Below, one piece after another: positions 1-11,388 of a DNA stretch of 63,180 nucleotides. How positions within the stretch are numbered: the first letter of the stretch is position 1; every line of letters begins with the position of its first letter. The stretch comes from a virus (Duplodnaviria > Caudoviricetes). The DNA lies in the IMG/VR virus record IMGVR_UViG_3300042898_003076, positions 1-63,180 of that record; one strand, 5' to 3'. The notes below the pieces were generated by a model. The model saw only the letters and a program-made list of their open reading frames with translations, was not told the DNA's origin and did not search any database. A program made the position numbers and the translations under genes.

Positions 1-3000
1 GCTTTGAGAAATTCAAATGCTTTACCTTCTTTGAGCTTGCCTGTTTCTTTATCAGTAAAGTCATCAAGTACTTTTTTTACATCAAGATAATTACGGTTCT
101 CACTGTCACTCTTAATGTATTCTGTATTAAGACTCAAGAATGAGTTTCTCCATAAGTTTAAAGCTTGACGCGATGCAGTATTAGCTGCACCAATTTTCAT
201 TTTGTAAGTGGTTACGTTATCATTAGTATATTCCTCCATGGTCATTTGAACCAGAGGTATATTAATCATATTGAATGTCTTCCAGAAATTAATCCAAAGA
301 TCAGTTTCAGCTGCACTACCGTTTGCTTTTATTGGTCCAAGCTTATCAAGTAATGATCTTAGAGCAGGATCACTAGCTGCAGCTTTATCAAGTTTCTTGT
401 ACATATCAGGCATTGACATAACTCCATCAATACCACGTACAATTTTGTTCCACATTACAGAAGCTTCATTAAGCTCTTGTACACCTAGAATATTTTTTGT
501 AGGTTGATTCTTTTCATCATACTTGAATATGCTGCGTAACAAGTATTTTACTTCAGGAGAAGCAAGATCATATTGGCTAACTTCATTACCTGAAGCACCA
601 AATTTATTTTCTTTGCCGGCCATGCCTTCTTCTTCCGGATTCTCTTCTTCTGCTTCTTCTTCTAATGCAGCAATCTTATCTTCTGCAGACATGTACTTAG
701 ACTTAGCTGCATGATATGCAATTAAACCTTTACCGTCTTTGTTTTTTCTTAAGTCTTGTGTATCACCAAATTGTTCTATAGCCCACTCAACAAGTTTTAT
801 GCGTTCTCCAATTTGATTTTTGAGTATAGGATTTTCTTCTTTTTCTTGTTCAGCTTGTAGACCAGGGATTACTTCATCTCTTAGTTTACGTTTAACAAGT
901 TCATAAACAACTTTTCTGTTTTTTGTAGAAGCCATTAATTGAGAAGTGTAATTGTTTGTACCTCTCATCTTGTTCATGTCATTAGCAATAGAGGATATCA
1001 AAGAATCCATTGTATTAACTAATAGCATTGACTGATCATAATTCAGCATTGAAGGTTGACCATCAATCTTTTCTCTGGCTACTAAACTCTTATTAAGTTT
1101 ACCTATTGTTGTATCACGGTTGTTAATGTCAAAGTTGTATGCAGATAAATCACCTACTCTTAGATTCTCATACATTTGCTTAATCATGTTGTTGCTTAAC
1201 GGATCTTCAACAACATCAGTAACTGATGAACCTTTGAATAATGCCTTAAGCATGTTAAGCAACTTACGGAATATAGTATTACGTACAGGAGCTCCTTTAA
1301 CTACCATCTTACCACCCGACATCATGTACTCACGGAATTCTTCAGCTAAGAACTCTTCTAGTTGCCATACATCTGCTTCTTTGAATGTTACAAGCTTACC
1401 GTTGTAATCTACAAAAGAACCGCTTCTTTTACGAGCTTCAGCATAAAGCTTAGTTCTTTGTTCTTCTGTAAGGAATGTTTGTGTAAAACCATGCCATGCT
1501 TCATGATACAAATCAGTATAGTCAGCAGACTTGCTTTGATTAAACTTACCATTCTCTGAGTAATAATGAAAAAGTATAATACCATGCACTGACCATTGAG
1601 CCACAGGACCTGTTGGGTTCTCTGCATTGATAACAGCCTGCATTACTTCAAAAGGTATAACCTTTGACATAGGATTACTAGCCCACCATATTTTTGCAGC
1701 TTCTTCTTGTTTCTTTAATGTTTCAGGACTAAGCTTTTTGTTCATAGCTTTTTGACGTTCCTTCTTCTCAATTGCATCAAAAAGATCTTTGTTGGACATG
1801 TCAGCTATGCTAGCTTGTGTAGCTTCTGTATTAGGTTTTTCTTCTGCAGGCTTTTTCTCTTCAGGTTTAGCTTTTAAAGCAGCTAGTTCTTTATCATATT
1901 CAACATTGATAATTTCAGCTACATCTTGATTAAGTTTTCCTGTTACTTTGTATTTTTTTCCTGCAGCATCAATATAAAAACCTACATAAGGTATTCTAGC
2001 GCTTGTTTTATAATCCTGCTTAGTGTTTAACTCTTTACCTATTTTGGAAATAGACTCTTTTCTTCTTGCTTCTATTTTTTGACCTTCAGGAGTTTGTTTT
2101 AATGCTTCTATGTCTGCAGAAGTTTTAGCAGATTGTTCTTCTAGTATAGGTTCAACTTCTTTTTGAGCTGGTGCTAAAAACTTAGAAGCACCTTCTAGTG
2201 TTGGACCATAAGATATAGTTGGGTTTAATTTTTTGATTGCCCCATTAACAACAACTGCAGATGTCTCCCAGTTTTCTCTTAAGAATTCATTGTAGTCTTG
2301 TTCTTCTGTTGTTACAACTTTATCAGGACTTATAGTTGGTTTATCAAAGGGTTTGTTTATAAGGTCACCTACAGCCAGAAGAGAAGGCCATTCAACTTTA
2401 TAGTATTTGTCACCTTCTTTTAATATGCTTCCTTCTTTTGCATCAGCAAGGTCTGTAACAATATTAGCACCAAGATGAGTTGCTAAAGTTTTTTGTACTT
2501 CTGTTTCAGACTTAAACCCACTACTGTGTTGTGTACCTTTGCTAGGTGTCTTTAAAAATTTTTCAAGTTCTTCACGTGTTTCCTTTTGCATTTGTGCTGC
2601 CTCAGGAGAACCGTCAAATTTTATTCTGTAAGGTTTACCGTTTATGTTTATGTCATAACTACCATCATTGTTCTCAAATACAAGAGTTCCTTCTTTGTCT
2701 TTCTTGGCCATGAACTGAACCTTGCTGTACTTAAGAATAAACTGTTTGATTAGTCTATCTCTTTCAAATACAGACATTCTCTCTATTGCACCAGATCTGT
2801 TAACCACAAAAAGGTCATCTGTGAATAGAGATAAAACTGTTTGTAGTAAAGTAGGTTTAGTTCTGAAAGACGGATTAGTTACAGCAATAGGTTCATCTAC
2901 ACCAGGATAAGTAACCATGGCTTGAGTATCTTGTACAAAAGGAAAAAATGTTCCAGAAGCATACGCTTCAGATAATGGTGTTGGCATGTACTCATTATGT

Positions 3001-4151
3001 ACAATAAAACCTTGTGCAGCTCCTGTAATTACACCTTGTACAGATGAACCAGGATTTTTTACAAGATAATCTGACATTTTAAAAAATGTAGAAAAATCAT
3101 CTTGAAGTTCTTTTGTAGCTTGTTCAGTTGCTTCAACTTCTGTTAAGTCTGGATTTGCTTTTCTTTTTTCAGCTGCAATGTTTTTAACTTTTTGCTTAAT
3201 AGAATTAAAGCTTCCTGTAAAACCACCATGAGCTTTTTGACCTGTACGTTTAAAATAGTTGTTAAACTCTTCTTGAGTTGTAGCTACAGTACCATCTTGG
3301 TTTCTTGCAATAGTAGCATAAGGTCTAAAGAAAACAGGCAGGCCAGTTTGATCAGGCTTACCTTCTTTGGAGAACATTATCTCTCTACCGTTTTCATCAA
3401 CAAGTACTGCTATTAAGTCACCGGCATTAAAGTATTCTTTTGGAAAATTCTTTTTGAATGCTTGTGTAAGTTCTACTGTATGCATTATCTTCAAGAAGAC
3501 TTTACCTATACCAGGTAATTCCATCTCACCACTATCTTGTATACCTTTGGCATCAATCTGTCTTCTCATTACAGCATCAATGTATCTTAGAGTAGCATAG
3601 TTTGTTTCTTGTCCAGGTCTTGGTTGCATGTAACCAGGCTTGTTAGGATCTTCCCATTGAACAAGTTCCGGACCAAAACTAAAGAATGCACCAAAAGCAA
3701 TTGTCTTAAAAGGATTTTCTATAACTTCTTTTACAGATTCTTCAGCTGGTTTTATTTCTATCTCTACAGGTTTTTGTTCATTAGCTACTTCTTCAGCTGC
3801 TTCTATTGCTGTATTAGGATCTATGTTAAGACCAAGATCTTTGTTTACTTCAGCAATGTCTTCATATCTTGCATCAACTTCAGCTACTTTAACAACAACC
3901 CTTTTGTCAAGCTTAGTCATACCTGCTTTTAAATCAGGTACGCTTAATAATTGCAAAGCCATAGTTGGTACAAGACGTGCAGCATCTACAGACAAAGCCT
4001 CATCTTGTGAGGCTGTATTGAATAAATCATAAATTTCTTTGATATAGCTCTTAATATCAAGAGGTGTTTTAGAATTTATTAGGTCTATAAAATCACCAGC
4101 AATTTTTACACGGAGTGCGTCACGGGTGTCATTGTCAAGTAAACAGCTCAT
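1..4151 (-). CDS. Giant virion-associated protein (partial, 3' end beyond window) with zincin HExxH motif; probable crAss-like virion RNA polymerase/protease polyprotein
   Basis: Not in ORF track because it lacks a stop in the window. ATG at 4151 (MSCLLDNDTRDALRVKIAGDF), same frame open at the spot-checked segments down to the left edge (VLDDFTDKETGKLKEGKAFEFLK). Contains DLYHEAWHGFTQTFL (HEAWH at 1491-1505) followed by LEEFLAEEFREYM. Last of a series of giant ORFs, as in crAss-like phages. Confidence 0.8.
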   Translation of the reverse strand, partial: MSCLLDNDTRDALRVKIAGDFIDLINSKTPLDIKSYIKEIYDLFNTASQDEALSVDAARLVPTMALQLLSVPDLKAGMTKLDKRVVVKVAEVDARYEDIAEVNKDLGLNIDPNTAIEAAEEVANEQKPVEIEIKPAEESVKEVIENPFKTIAFGAFFSFGPELVQWEDPNKPGYMQPRPGQETNYATLRYIDAVMRRQIDAKGIQDSGEMELPGIGKVFLKIMHTVELTQAFKKNFPKEYFNAGDLIAVLVDENGREIMFSKEGKPDQTGLPVFFRPYATIARNQDGTVATTQEEFNNYFKRTGQKAHGGFTGSFNSIKQKVKNIAAEKRKANPDLTEVEATEQATKELQDDFSTFFKMSDYLVKNPGSSVQGVITGAAQGFIVHNEYMPTPLSEAYASGTFFPFVQDTQAMVTYPGVDEPIAVTNPSFRTKPTLLQTVLSLFTDDLFVVNRSGAIERMSVFERDRLIKQFILKYSKVQFMAKKDKEGTLVFENNDGSYDININGKPYRIKFDGSPEAAQMQKETREELEKFLKTPSKGTQHSSGFKSETEVQKTLATHLGANIVTDLADAKEGSILKEGDKYYKVEWPSLLAVGDLINKPFDKPTISPDKVVTTEEQDYNEFLRENWETSAVVVNGAIKKLNPTISYGPTLEGASKFLAPAQKEVEPILEEQSAKTSADIEALKQTPEGQKIEARRKESISKIGKELNTKQDYKTSARIPYVGFYIDAAGKKYKVTGKLNQDVAEIINVEYDKELAALKAKPEEKKPAEEKPNTEATQASIADMSNKDLFDAIEKKERQKAMNKKLSPETLKKQEEAAKIWWASNPMSKVIPFEVMQAVINAENPTGPVAQWSVHGIILFHYYSENGKFNQSKSADYTDLYHEAWHGFTQTFLTEEQRTKLYAEARKRSGSFVDYNGKLVTFKEADVWQLEEFLAEEFREYMMSGGKMVVKGAPVRNTIFRKLLNMLKALFKGSSVTDVVEDPLSNNMIKQMYENLRVGDLSAYNFDINNRDTTIGKLNKSLVAREKIDGQPSMLNYDQSMLLVNTMDSLISSIANDMNKMRGTNNYTSQLMASTKNRKVVYELVKRKLRDEVIPGLQAEQEKEENPILKNQIGERIKLVEWAIEQFGDTQDLRKNKDGKGLIAYHAAKSKYMSAEDKIAALEEEAEEENPEEEGMAGKENKFGASGNEVSQYDLASPEVKYLLRSIFKYDEKNQPTKNILGVQELNEASVMWNKIVRGIDGVMSMPDMYKKLDKAAASDPALRSLLDKLGPIKANGSAAETDLWINFWKTFNMINIPLVQMTMEEYTNDNVTTYKMKIGAANTASRQALNLWRNSFLSLNTEYIKSDSENRNYLDVKKVLDDFTDKETGKLKEGKAFEFLK

Positions 4152-4153
4152 TA

Positions 4154-7100
4154 TTATCCTTTTTTACATTTATTAATTGTGTTCAGCAAATCATTTTTTC
4201 TTTCATCAGAAGTCTTGTTTTTAGCTTTATTATAAACTTCTTGATTCTTAGAAGCATCATCAGCAGCAGTTTGTTTTAAAGCTTCATCAGAATCTTTAGT
4301 TTGTTCTTCAGTTAAAGGTTTAACTTCTTCAGTTGCTTCTTGTGGTGTACCAGATATCATCTTAATTTTGTCTTTTAATTCTTCTGCTGTCAACTCCATC
4401 TTATCTCCGGTAAAGTTGTCAATTGCTTCTTGTGAAGGAATTGTTTCACCAGCTTTACGCAAATTATTGTAGTCTCCAGGAGAAACTAAAGTTACAGTTT
4501 TTCCATCATTCTGCAAAACAATCATGGCTGTTCTATTAGATAAAAATACAGCTAGACCTGGCTCCAAGTTTTCAATTTTTTTGGAATTCTCAATTAGAGA
4601 TCTTATGGCAGCTTTCTTTAATCTTTCAGCCTCAGCTCTTAAGTCTACACCATGAAGTCTCTTTACATCTTCAACATCCTTGTCACTTTGTACTATGTCT
4701 AAGACGTTGTTGTCCCAAGCTTTTAATTCATCATAATTAGAAATCTCTGCGTATTGTTGCATAATATTTTTTACAACATCTGTTTCTTCTTTTTGTCCTG
4801 GCTTAAAGTTCTTATGTGTTTCATGTACAGCAAGTAGATCAGGATAAGCAAGTTGTATTTTCTTGACTTGACCATCTGCTGTTTTAATCTCTACAATGTA
4901 TATGTCTTTGTTTGGTATTTTTCTTTCTACAGTATAAACAGCATAAGGTGTGTTTATTACAAAACCATCAGTAAAGTCTACATCAGCTGCAGTTTTATTT
5001 ACAGGAGATGGAGGATTAACAGTTGGTGGTGTATTTACAAATGGAATTTTTTGAGCTTGTGCTTTAGCTTCTGCCTCTGCTTTGGCTTTAGCCTCAGCTT
5101 CAGCTTTAGCTTTAGCTGCGTCTTCTCTTAGAACGTCATCTAATTCTGTAGCAATTTTTTCTGCGTCTTCTCTAGTTTTAAGAGGAGTACCTACAATATT
5201 ACCTTGAGGGCTTATAACACTGAAAGTTTTATCTGCATTTCTCTTAATGGTATGTTTGTCAGGGGAAGCAATTTCATCAGCATAATCTACACCAGCTGCT
5301 CTACCATACTTGCGTATAATTTCAACGGCTTCTTTGTACTTAGGATCATCTTTGCCAACAATGCTTCTTGTAGTTACATCATAGAAGTCTGCTACTTCAA
5401 AGTCATTGATTTTCTTTACATCTTCCGGAAGAACAAATAAACCAAGGCCAAATATTTCCTTGAGCATTTTGTTTTTGCTTGACATGTTTTGAAAATTCTC
5501 AAAACCTTCATTAAGCTTTCTGACTTTGTTTTCTCTAGCTATTTTTTGAACATTAGTCTGTACATCAACATAGCGGTTAAACATATCAGGGTCACTTAAT
5601 GTGTTGATTGTATTAACAGCTTTTAATTCATTGAAGGACAAATCAAGAAAATCTTTAATATGCTTAAAGCCTTCAGCTGCTTGATCTTCAAACACATAAC
5701 CTTTGTTTGAACCTGTTTTAAGTTTTAAATAGTTTTTGTATGACTTATACAGATTTTTAAGTGCAAATTCTACACCTTGTGTTTTACCTGTTGTACCAAG
5801 TTTACCAGATTCTCTGAGTTCTGTTATAAATGTGTCAGCAAATGCATTCCACTCATCAAAGAATTCAAGTTCTTTTTGAAGTTGTTTAGCATCTCTCTTC
5901 TGTTCAACAGTACCGTCTTTCATTACAGATATAAGACTCTTAAGCTCAGACATCTTCTGCGATCTCTGTACAGGATCAACTAATACCGTAAGGTCTGCAC
6001 CAGCCATTTCCTGACCGGTTTTTTTATTGTAAAAGTTTTGTAAAGGACCTTGGCCTGAAAGAACATTCAGCATCTTCTCCATACGGCCTACAATATCTTG
6101 ATGAAGACCTGTAGCAAAAATTATATCATTTGTAGCGCGTTCATGAGCCATGTAACGGTTCATCTCAGAATTATACTGTTCAGGATACTTAAAAGAACCA
6201 TCTTTGTTTTTGCCAGAATACATCCATGGATTATACGGATTTGGTTTTATCCTTTTAACTCTGTCATAGTTCTCTTGATATGTTTCTGCTCTGTCTTTAA
6301 GCGTTGTAAGTTTCTCGCGAATTTCAGATGCTTTAACTTTATTGTCAAATGCATTTTCAAGATCAGTGTCCTCAAGACCAAGCATATCATCAACATGATC
6401 TGTAACTAAGTTCATGCTTTTGGTTCTTGCTAACCCTTCATAGTAATTAATTTGCATTTCAGCTTGTCTGTCCTTAGCGGCTTTTACATCACCGTCTTGA
6501 ACAGCATTATCTTTTGCTTGTTTAGCTGAACGTACACTAGAGGCTATATCAGCTTGATGACCACCATATATCAACGCATTCTCAAGAACAAAATTTGCTG
6601 CGTTGTATTTTTCATTTTCTGTTTCTTCAGCTCTTTCTTTTTCTGCTGCTAAACCTTTACGGTCAAATATTGCACGGCCTGTTTGGGTAACAGCTTTACC
6701 ACCACCTTGGATTAGAGAACCCATTAGGTACCCTTGAAGGAAAGTGTCCATACCCTGTGCAGAAAACTGACCGCTTGCCGCTTTACCTACAGAACCTAAA
6801 GCTCCATAGAAGCCGCTTTGAGCTGGGTCTTTGTATATCTTATCATAGTAATCTAATGCACTTTGAGTAATAACCTCTTGTGCGTTTTCTTGTAAAGCTT
6901 CACCTAAGTTGCCTAAGAAGTAAGTCTTACTCCAAGGTACATACTGTGACTTTAAAAGAAAGTCTTTTGTTTTTTGACCAAAGGTTGCTTCTCCTGCTTC
7001 ATAAGCTGCAGTAGTTCCCGCTTTAAAATCTTTTGCTGCAGTTCTTTCAAAGAACCTACCGCTGCCTTCCATGAAAGATTTCATTAAACCTTTTCCTGGA

Positions 7101-8341
7101 ACAACACCATCAAATAAATCTTCAAAAACAATTTTGTTTGTCAAATATATAGTAGCGTCATTTGCAAGTGTTACGGAAGTTTTAACTGATTGAGCTCTGT
7201 CATAAATCTCACGTGCTTCTTGTCCTTCTGGCATTCTACCATGTGTAGCATAAAACTCATCTACTAATTGGTTTTGATATTCAGTAGATGCACCTTCTCC
7301 TTCAAGAGCTGCTTCTGAGTGAGCAACATTAAGCTCACGTAAGTCTTTATAGAAATTACCAAAGGTCTTGGCTGTCTTAGCCATATTTGATAAATCTTTT
7401 ACACCACCTGTACCTTTAGCAAGATGTGTACTCCATTCAAGAGTTCTTTCAAAAGGGTTAATCCATTTAGCAAAATCTGTAACTTTTTCTCCAGCCTTAG
7501 CTGCAGTGAAGAAATCTTTTGCTGCACCGGCTTTTTTTAAATTTCTTATAAACTCTGCTGTACCAGTAATAGCTTTTGCAAGTTTACCAATACCCATAGC
7601 GTTTCTAGCATATGCTGCAGCTCCTACAGCAGGTGTTGCTGTACCAAAAGTAACAGCTTCTACACCAGCAAGAATAGCATTCTCTACAGCTAGTGATCCC
7701 ATGATACCAACGGTGTATGCAGAGTTTAATCCAAAATTAGTTACCCATGCACCTGCTCCTTCTTTGCTAGACATACCAATAGCCATTCCTTTTTCCATGG
7801 ACTCATTAGCATCTTCTTCACTACCATAAAGTGATTTGGCACCAGCAAAAGCTAATGGAAGAAATTCACCACGCATTCTACTAAAGTCATCCCACCAAGA
7901 TGATTTCTGATTGTAATAAGTGTCATTGTCACTATAAGGAGAGAAACCAAGTTCTTTAAACTTTGGATGTTTATAATAACGGTCAAAGTTTAAGTTCTTG
8001 TATCCTGAACCATAAGCATAAGCACGGCCATATTTGTAACGGTCATTAAGAATAGACTCATCATTCAAATAACCTGTTATAGCTTTTGCATAATCCATTG
8101 TACCATTACTCAGTATCTGACCTTGTCTTGCACCTGGATTTGGACCAGTACTATAACTACCTTGTAATTGTTCATTTATTAATGAACTGTCTGGAGTACC
8201 ACTTGGTAATACAGGCATTATAACAGGAGGCGGCGTGTTTAACGCCTGCATAGGATCAACAGCTGAATCAAGTTCAGGAAGACTTGGAGTTATAGGTGCT
8301 GATACTAATGGACTTGGATTTGAGGTTAATTCTTCTGCCAT
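4154..8341 (-). CDS. Large virion cargo/ejected protein (1395 aa)
   Basis: Ala/Gly-rich hydrophobic segments (AYTVGIMGSLAVENAILAGVEAVTFG), EALQENAQEVI motif, long coiled regions; located among giant ORFs after tail genes. Confidence 0.65.
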   Translation of the reverse strand: MAEELTSNPSPLVSAPITPSLPELDSAVDPMQALNTPPPVIMPVLPSGTPDSSLINEQLQGSYSTGPNPGARQGQILSNGTMDYAKAITGYLNDESILNDRYKYGRAYAYGSGYKNLNFDRYYKHPKFKELGFSPYSDNDTYYNQKSSWWDDFSRMRGEFLPLAFAGAKSLYGSEEDANESMEKGMAIGMSSKEGAGAWVTNFGLNSAYTVGIMGSLAVENAILAGVEAVTFGTATPAVGAAAYARNAMGIGKLAKAITGTAEFIRNLKKAGAAKDFFTAAKAGEKVTDFAKWINPFERTLEWSTHLAKGTGGVKDLSNMAKTAKTFGNFYKDLRELNVAHSEAALEGEGASTEYQNQLVDEFYATHGRMPEGQEAREIYDRAQSVKTSVTLANDATIYLTNKIVFEDLFDGVVPGKGLMKSFMEGSGRFFERTAAKDFKAGTTAAYEAGEATFGQKTKDFLLKSQYVPWSKTYFLGNLGEALQENAQEVITQSALDYYDKIYKDPAQSGFYGALGSVGKAASGQFSAQGMDTFLQGYLMGSLIQGGGKAVTQTGRAIFDRKGLAAEKERAEETENEKYNAANFVLENALIYGGHQADIASSVRSAKQAKDNAVQDGDVKAAKDRQAEMQINYYEGLARTKSMNLVTDHVDDMLGLEDTDLENAFDNKVKASEIREKLTTLKDRAETYQENYDRVKRIKPNPYNPWMYSGKNKDGSFKYPEQYNSEMNRYMAHERATNDIIFATGLHQDIVGRMEKMLNVLSGQGPLQNFYNKKTGQEMAGADLTVLVDPVQRSQKMSELKSLISVMKDGTVEQKRDAKQLQKELEFFDEWNAFADTFITELRESGKLGTTGKTQGVEFALKNLYKSYKNYLKLKTGSNKGYVFEDQAAEGFKHIKDFLDLSFNELKAVNTINTLSDPDMFNRYVDVQTNVQKIARENKVRKLNEGFENFQNMSSKNKMLKEIFGLGLFVLPEDVKKINDFEVADFYDVTTRSIVGKDDPKYKEAVEIIRKYGRAAGVDYADEIASPDKHTIKRNADKTFSVISPQGNIVGTPLKTREDAEKIATELDDVLREDAAKAKAEAEAKAKAEAEAKAQAQKIPFVNTPPTVNPPSPVNKTAADVDFTDGFVINTPYAVYTVERKIPNKDIYIVEIKTADGQVKKIQLAYPDLLAVHETHKNFKPGQKEETDVVKNIMQQYAEISNYDELKAWDNNVLDIVQSDKDVEDVKRLHGVDLRAEAERLKKAAIRSLIENSKKIENLEPGLAVFLSNRTAMIVLQNDGKTVTLVSPGDYNNLRKAGETIPSQEAIDNFTGDKMELTAEELKDKIKMISGTPQEATEEVKPLTEEQTKDSDEALKQTAADDASKNQEVYNKAKNKTSDERKNDLLNTINKCKKG
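5053..5119 (-). repeat. Low-complexity coding repeat (AKAKAEAEAKAKAEAEAKAQA)
   Basis: Tandem Ala/Lys/Glu repeat visible in the 1395-aa translation. Confidence 0.7.
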
Positions 8342-8343
8342 AA

Positions 8344-11300
8344 TTATTTTTGTCCAGAAAGTGATTGTTCTACACCGCGCATAAAGATTTCATTTACATC
8401 CATTGGTCTTTCTTCACCACCTGCTGCTACACGCAACATATCTTGTATTTCAGGAAGTTGAGATGGCTCTTTTATCATACGGCCATTACTTTGTTTATAA
8501 ATTTGATTAGCTTTTGCCATTTCTTGTACAGAAACATTAATTGAATTGTAAAGATTCTCACCACCAATGTTTGAATTGTAAGTTTTAGAATTAGGTAATG
8601 GTTTTAATAAAAGATTTCCAGCTTTGTCTCTTGATCCATCATAACCATAAAAGTCTCCGATTACAGTTACATTACCATTAGCATCTCTTTTGTTTATTAC
8701 AAAGTCTCCACCATTAGGATCAGAGATAGGAACATCCATGTGATTAATAATATAATCATAAGGTTTCATTTTAAATGATTCAGTAAAAGCATTTTTTGCA
8801 GTTTTCTTATTAGCGTAAACACCAATACCTTCTGAAATCAAACGTGGATCATCAGCCCAAGTAGGATTATCACCAGTGCCTTTATAGTTCTTTAACCAAT
8901 TAGCTGGAGGAATAATATGAGCTCCTACAGTGTTACGGTCACTTAAAGCAATGTCCATGTAAGCAATCTGACCCTTAACAAAATCTGCTTCTGTTTTGGT
9001 AAGCTTGCCTGCTCTTAAATCTTGAATAAGAACTTTCATAGCTGTTTCAGCTGTAGTCTTATCTGCTTGTGTTTGTCCTTCAGCTTCTTTTACAGTTTCT
9101 TTATTACCAAGAGTAAACATACCGCCTGGCTTAAGAGCATCATCATAAATTGTATTAAGACCTCTATTTCCAAGGGAAGCAACATTATCAGAATTAAAAT
9201 CATACATTACTGAACCACCTGCAGAACGTCCACCACCAAGCATATTAAAACTTGAACTACCATGAGTAGAAATAACTAAAGGAACAGGATTACCATCAAC
9301 ATCTTTACCAGTTGTATTACCTTGATTATAAAACTTGTCATATTCTTTGTTCATGTCATCATAAGCATCCATAGCATCTTCAGCATCAGTTCCTGGATTT
9401 TTTCTCATGTAATCTACTTTATATTCTTCAGGAGTTTTAAGTCTGTTATCTGATGTAAACAACTCATTCCAGTCAGCAAGATCTGAGCTACTTAATTTTG
9501 TAGTACCCCAAGCTTTAAGATTTTTGTTATTGTTTTGCCAAGCACCGGTAGTAGCATCAAGTTCTCTTTGTTTGGTTACATAGTTATCTTCAAGTGCTTT
9601 ACCTTGACCAGTAATATAACTATCATGGGTTGGTATACCTTTACTTAAATCTGTCCATTTCTTTGCATTATTATAAAGGTAGTTTGCGTTATAGAAGGAA
9701 GAGATACCAGTGGCTGTAGAGTGTTCATTACCATAAGGGTCTATGAACCTACCTGTGCTCTTGTCATAACCAGCAGAAGTATATTTGCCATTTGCATCTT
9801 TTTTGGCAACGTTGTATATTTTTTCAAGAACTGTTTTAGCATATTCTTTTTCAGCAGTACTTGCTTTTGGATCTTGTACAAGTCCTGCTAAAGTATTTGC
9901 ATAACCATCAGCATAAGCAGTTGCTGATTGGTCAACAGTTTTCTTTTCAGTTTGATATTGTTGTTGAATTTCAGCAGATTCATTTATAGCTGTAGGATCT
10001 GTTGTACCTTTATATCTGTCAAGGTATAAACCTTGATTTTCCTGACCTATAGCTGAACCTTTTTTCTTATATTCAAGTAATGCTTTTTGTTTATTAAGAT
10101 CATAAATCTGATTGTGCTTGTTGTTGCGATCCATTAAGTCATACTGTTTTTGAAGCTTAGACATTTGTAATGAAAAATCATAATGCTTCATTGCATATGG
10201 ATCTTCTTTAACGTCAACTGAACCAGTCATTGCAACAGCTCTTACAGCAGACTCATTTAATTCTTTATTCATTATGCTTCTTGCATAAAGACCATCAGCA
10301 CGTTGGCGTCTTGCAGAACGATCTTCACCAGCTTCAAAAAATGATTTTGCAACATCCGCGGTTTGTGCATGATAATCAGCTACTTGTTTAGCTATAGCAC
10401 TATCTACATTTGCTGCATAATAATTCTTAGCTAAAGGATCATTACCTGTTGAGCCATTCTTTTTTATACTTTCTTCCATAACATTTTTTCTGTTACGTAT
10501 TGCATTTTGTTCTGCTTGTGCTTCTTCATTTTGTATCTGTGCATTTTGATATTGCACATCAAGACTTCTGAAGTATTCATCTTCTGCAGCATCTTCACTA
10601 CCAAATCTTTCAGCATTCTGTTGCACAAAACCTTTACGGTTTACATAAGCTTGTGTATTATACATGTCAATAACTCTTTGGTCTTTTCCGTATTGAGCTT
10701 GAATTAATTGCTGAAAAGGTATAGATAGATTAGCACCATTCTTGGTAGTAATCATATATCTACCATCTTTGCTCCATGTAACATTTTCAATTCCAAATGC
10801 ACCTTTGTCTCCACCTTTACCAAGAAGATCTTTTAGATAATCTACAGTTTTTTCTTGCATGTTGATTTGAGCAACATACTTACCGGCAGACATGCTCATT
10901 GCAGAACCTTTATCTGCTTTTTTATATTCATCAGCTTTATAATGTAAAGCGTTTACACCTACATCCCAGTATTTACCATCACAAGTTTTGTCTGTACAAT
11001 TTTTGTAGTTGTTTGCAATCTCTAATTGTTTTTGGTACTCCTTAGTATAAGTCATATCATGTACTAAGTCTTTGTTCTGGAAGAAGGAATCAAACACCTT
11101 ATTGGCTGAATCAGTATTTTGTTGCAGTGAAAGATCCATCCCTGAGATGCGTTTAATATCATTGTCAATCATCTTGAAGAATTCATTTCTCTTCATGATA
11201 TTGTCTTCACGCATCATAGGTGAGTTTAATAATGTCCCGTATGTTTTGCTAATCTCTTTATAGTTTTGATCATACTGACTTTGTTTAGTCTGCAGAACAT

Positions 11301-11379
11301 TTGACAAGAAATTATAATCAGGTTGATAAGGCTGAAATTGTGGAATGTATTGTTGTATACCTTGAATGTATGTTGCCAT
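8344..11379 (-). CDS. Large virion cargo/ejected protein (1011 aa)
   Basis: N-terminal QFQPYQPDYNFLSNVLQTKQSQYD start typical of crAss-like internal proteins; synteny in cargo block. Confidence 0.6.
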   Translation of the reverse strand: MATYIQGIQQYIPQFQPYQPDYNFLSNVLQTKQSQYDQNYKEISKTYGTLLNSPMMREDNIMKRNEFFKMIDNDIKRISGMDLSLQQNTDSANKVFDSFFQNKDLVHDMTYTKEYQKQLEIANNYKNCTDKTCDGKYWDVGVNALHYKADEYKKADKGSAMSMSAGKYVAQINMQEKTVDYLKDLLGKGGDKGAFGIENVTWSKDGRYMITTKNGANLSIPFQQLIQAQYGKDQRVIDMYNTQAYVNRKGFVQQNAERFGSEDAAEDEYFRSLDVQYQNAQIQNEEAQAEQNAIRNRKNVMEESIKKNGSTGNDPLAKNYYAANVDSAIAKQVADYHAQTADVAKSFFEAGEDRSARRQRADGLYARSIMNKELNESAVRAVAMTGSVDVKEDPYAMKHYDFSLQMSKLQKQYDLMDRNNKHNQIYDLNKQKALLEYKKKGSAIGQENQGLYLDRYKGTTDPTAINESAEIQQQYQTEKKTVDQSATAYADGYANTLAGLVQDPKASTAEKEYAKTVLEKIYNVAKKDANGKYTSAGYDKSTGRFIDPYGNEHSTATGISSFYNANYLYNNAKKWTDLSKGIPTHDSYITGQGKALEDNYVTKQRELDATTGAWQNNNKNLKAWGTTKLSSSDLADWNELFTSDNRLKTPEEYKVDYMRKNPGTDAEDAMDAYDDMNKEYDKFYNQGNTTGKDVDGNPVPLVISTHGSSSFNMLGGGRSAGGSVMYDFNSDNVASLGNRGLNTIYDDALKPGGMFTLGNKETVKEAEGQTQADKTTAETAMKVLIQDLRAGKLTKTEADFVKGQIAYMDIALSDRNTVGAHIIPPANWLKNYKGTGDNPTWADDPRLISEGIGVYANKKTAKNAFTESFKMKPYDYIINHMDVPISDPNGGDFVINKRDANGNVTVIGDFYGYDGSRDKAGNLLLKPLPNSKTYNSNIGGENLYNSINVSVQEMAKANQIYKQSNGRMIKEPSQLPEIQDMLRVAAGGEERPMDVNEIFMRGVEQSLSGQK

Positions 11380-11388
11380 GTTTATTCT

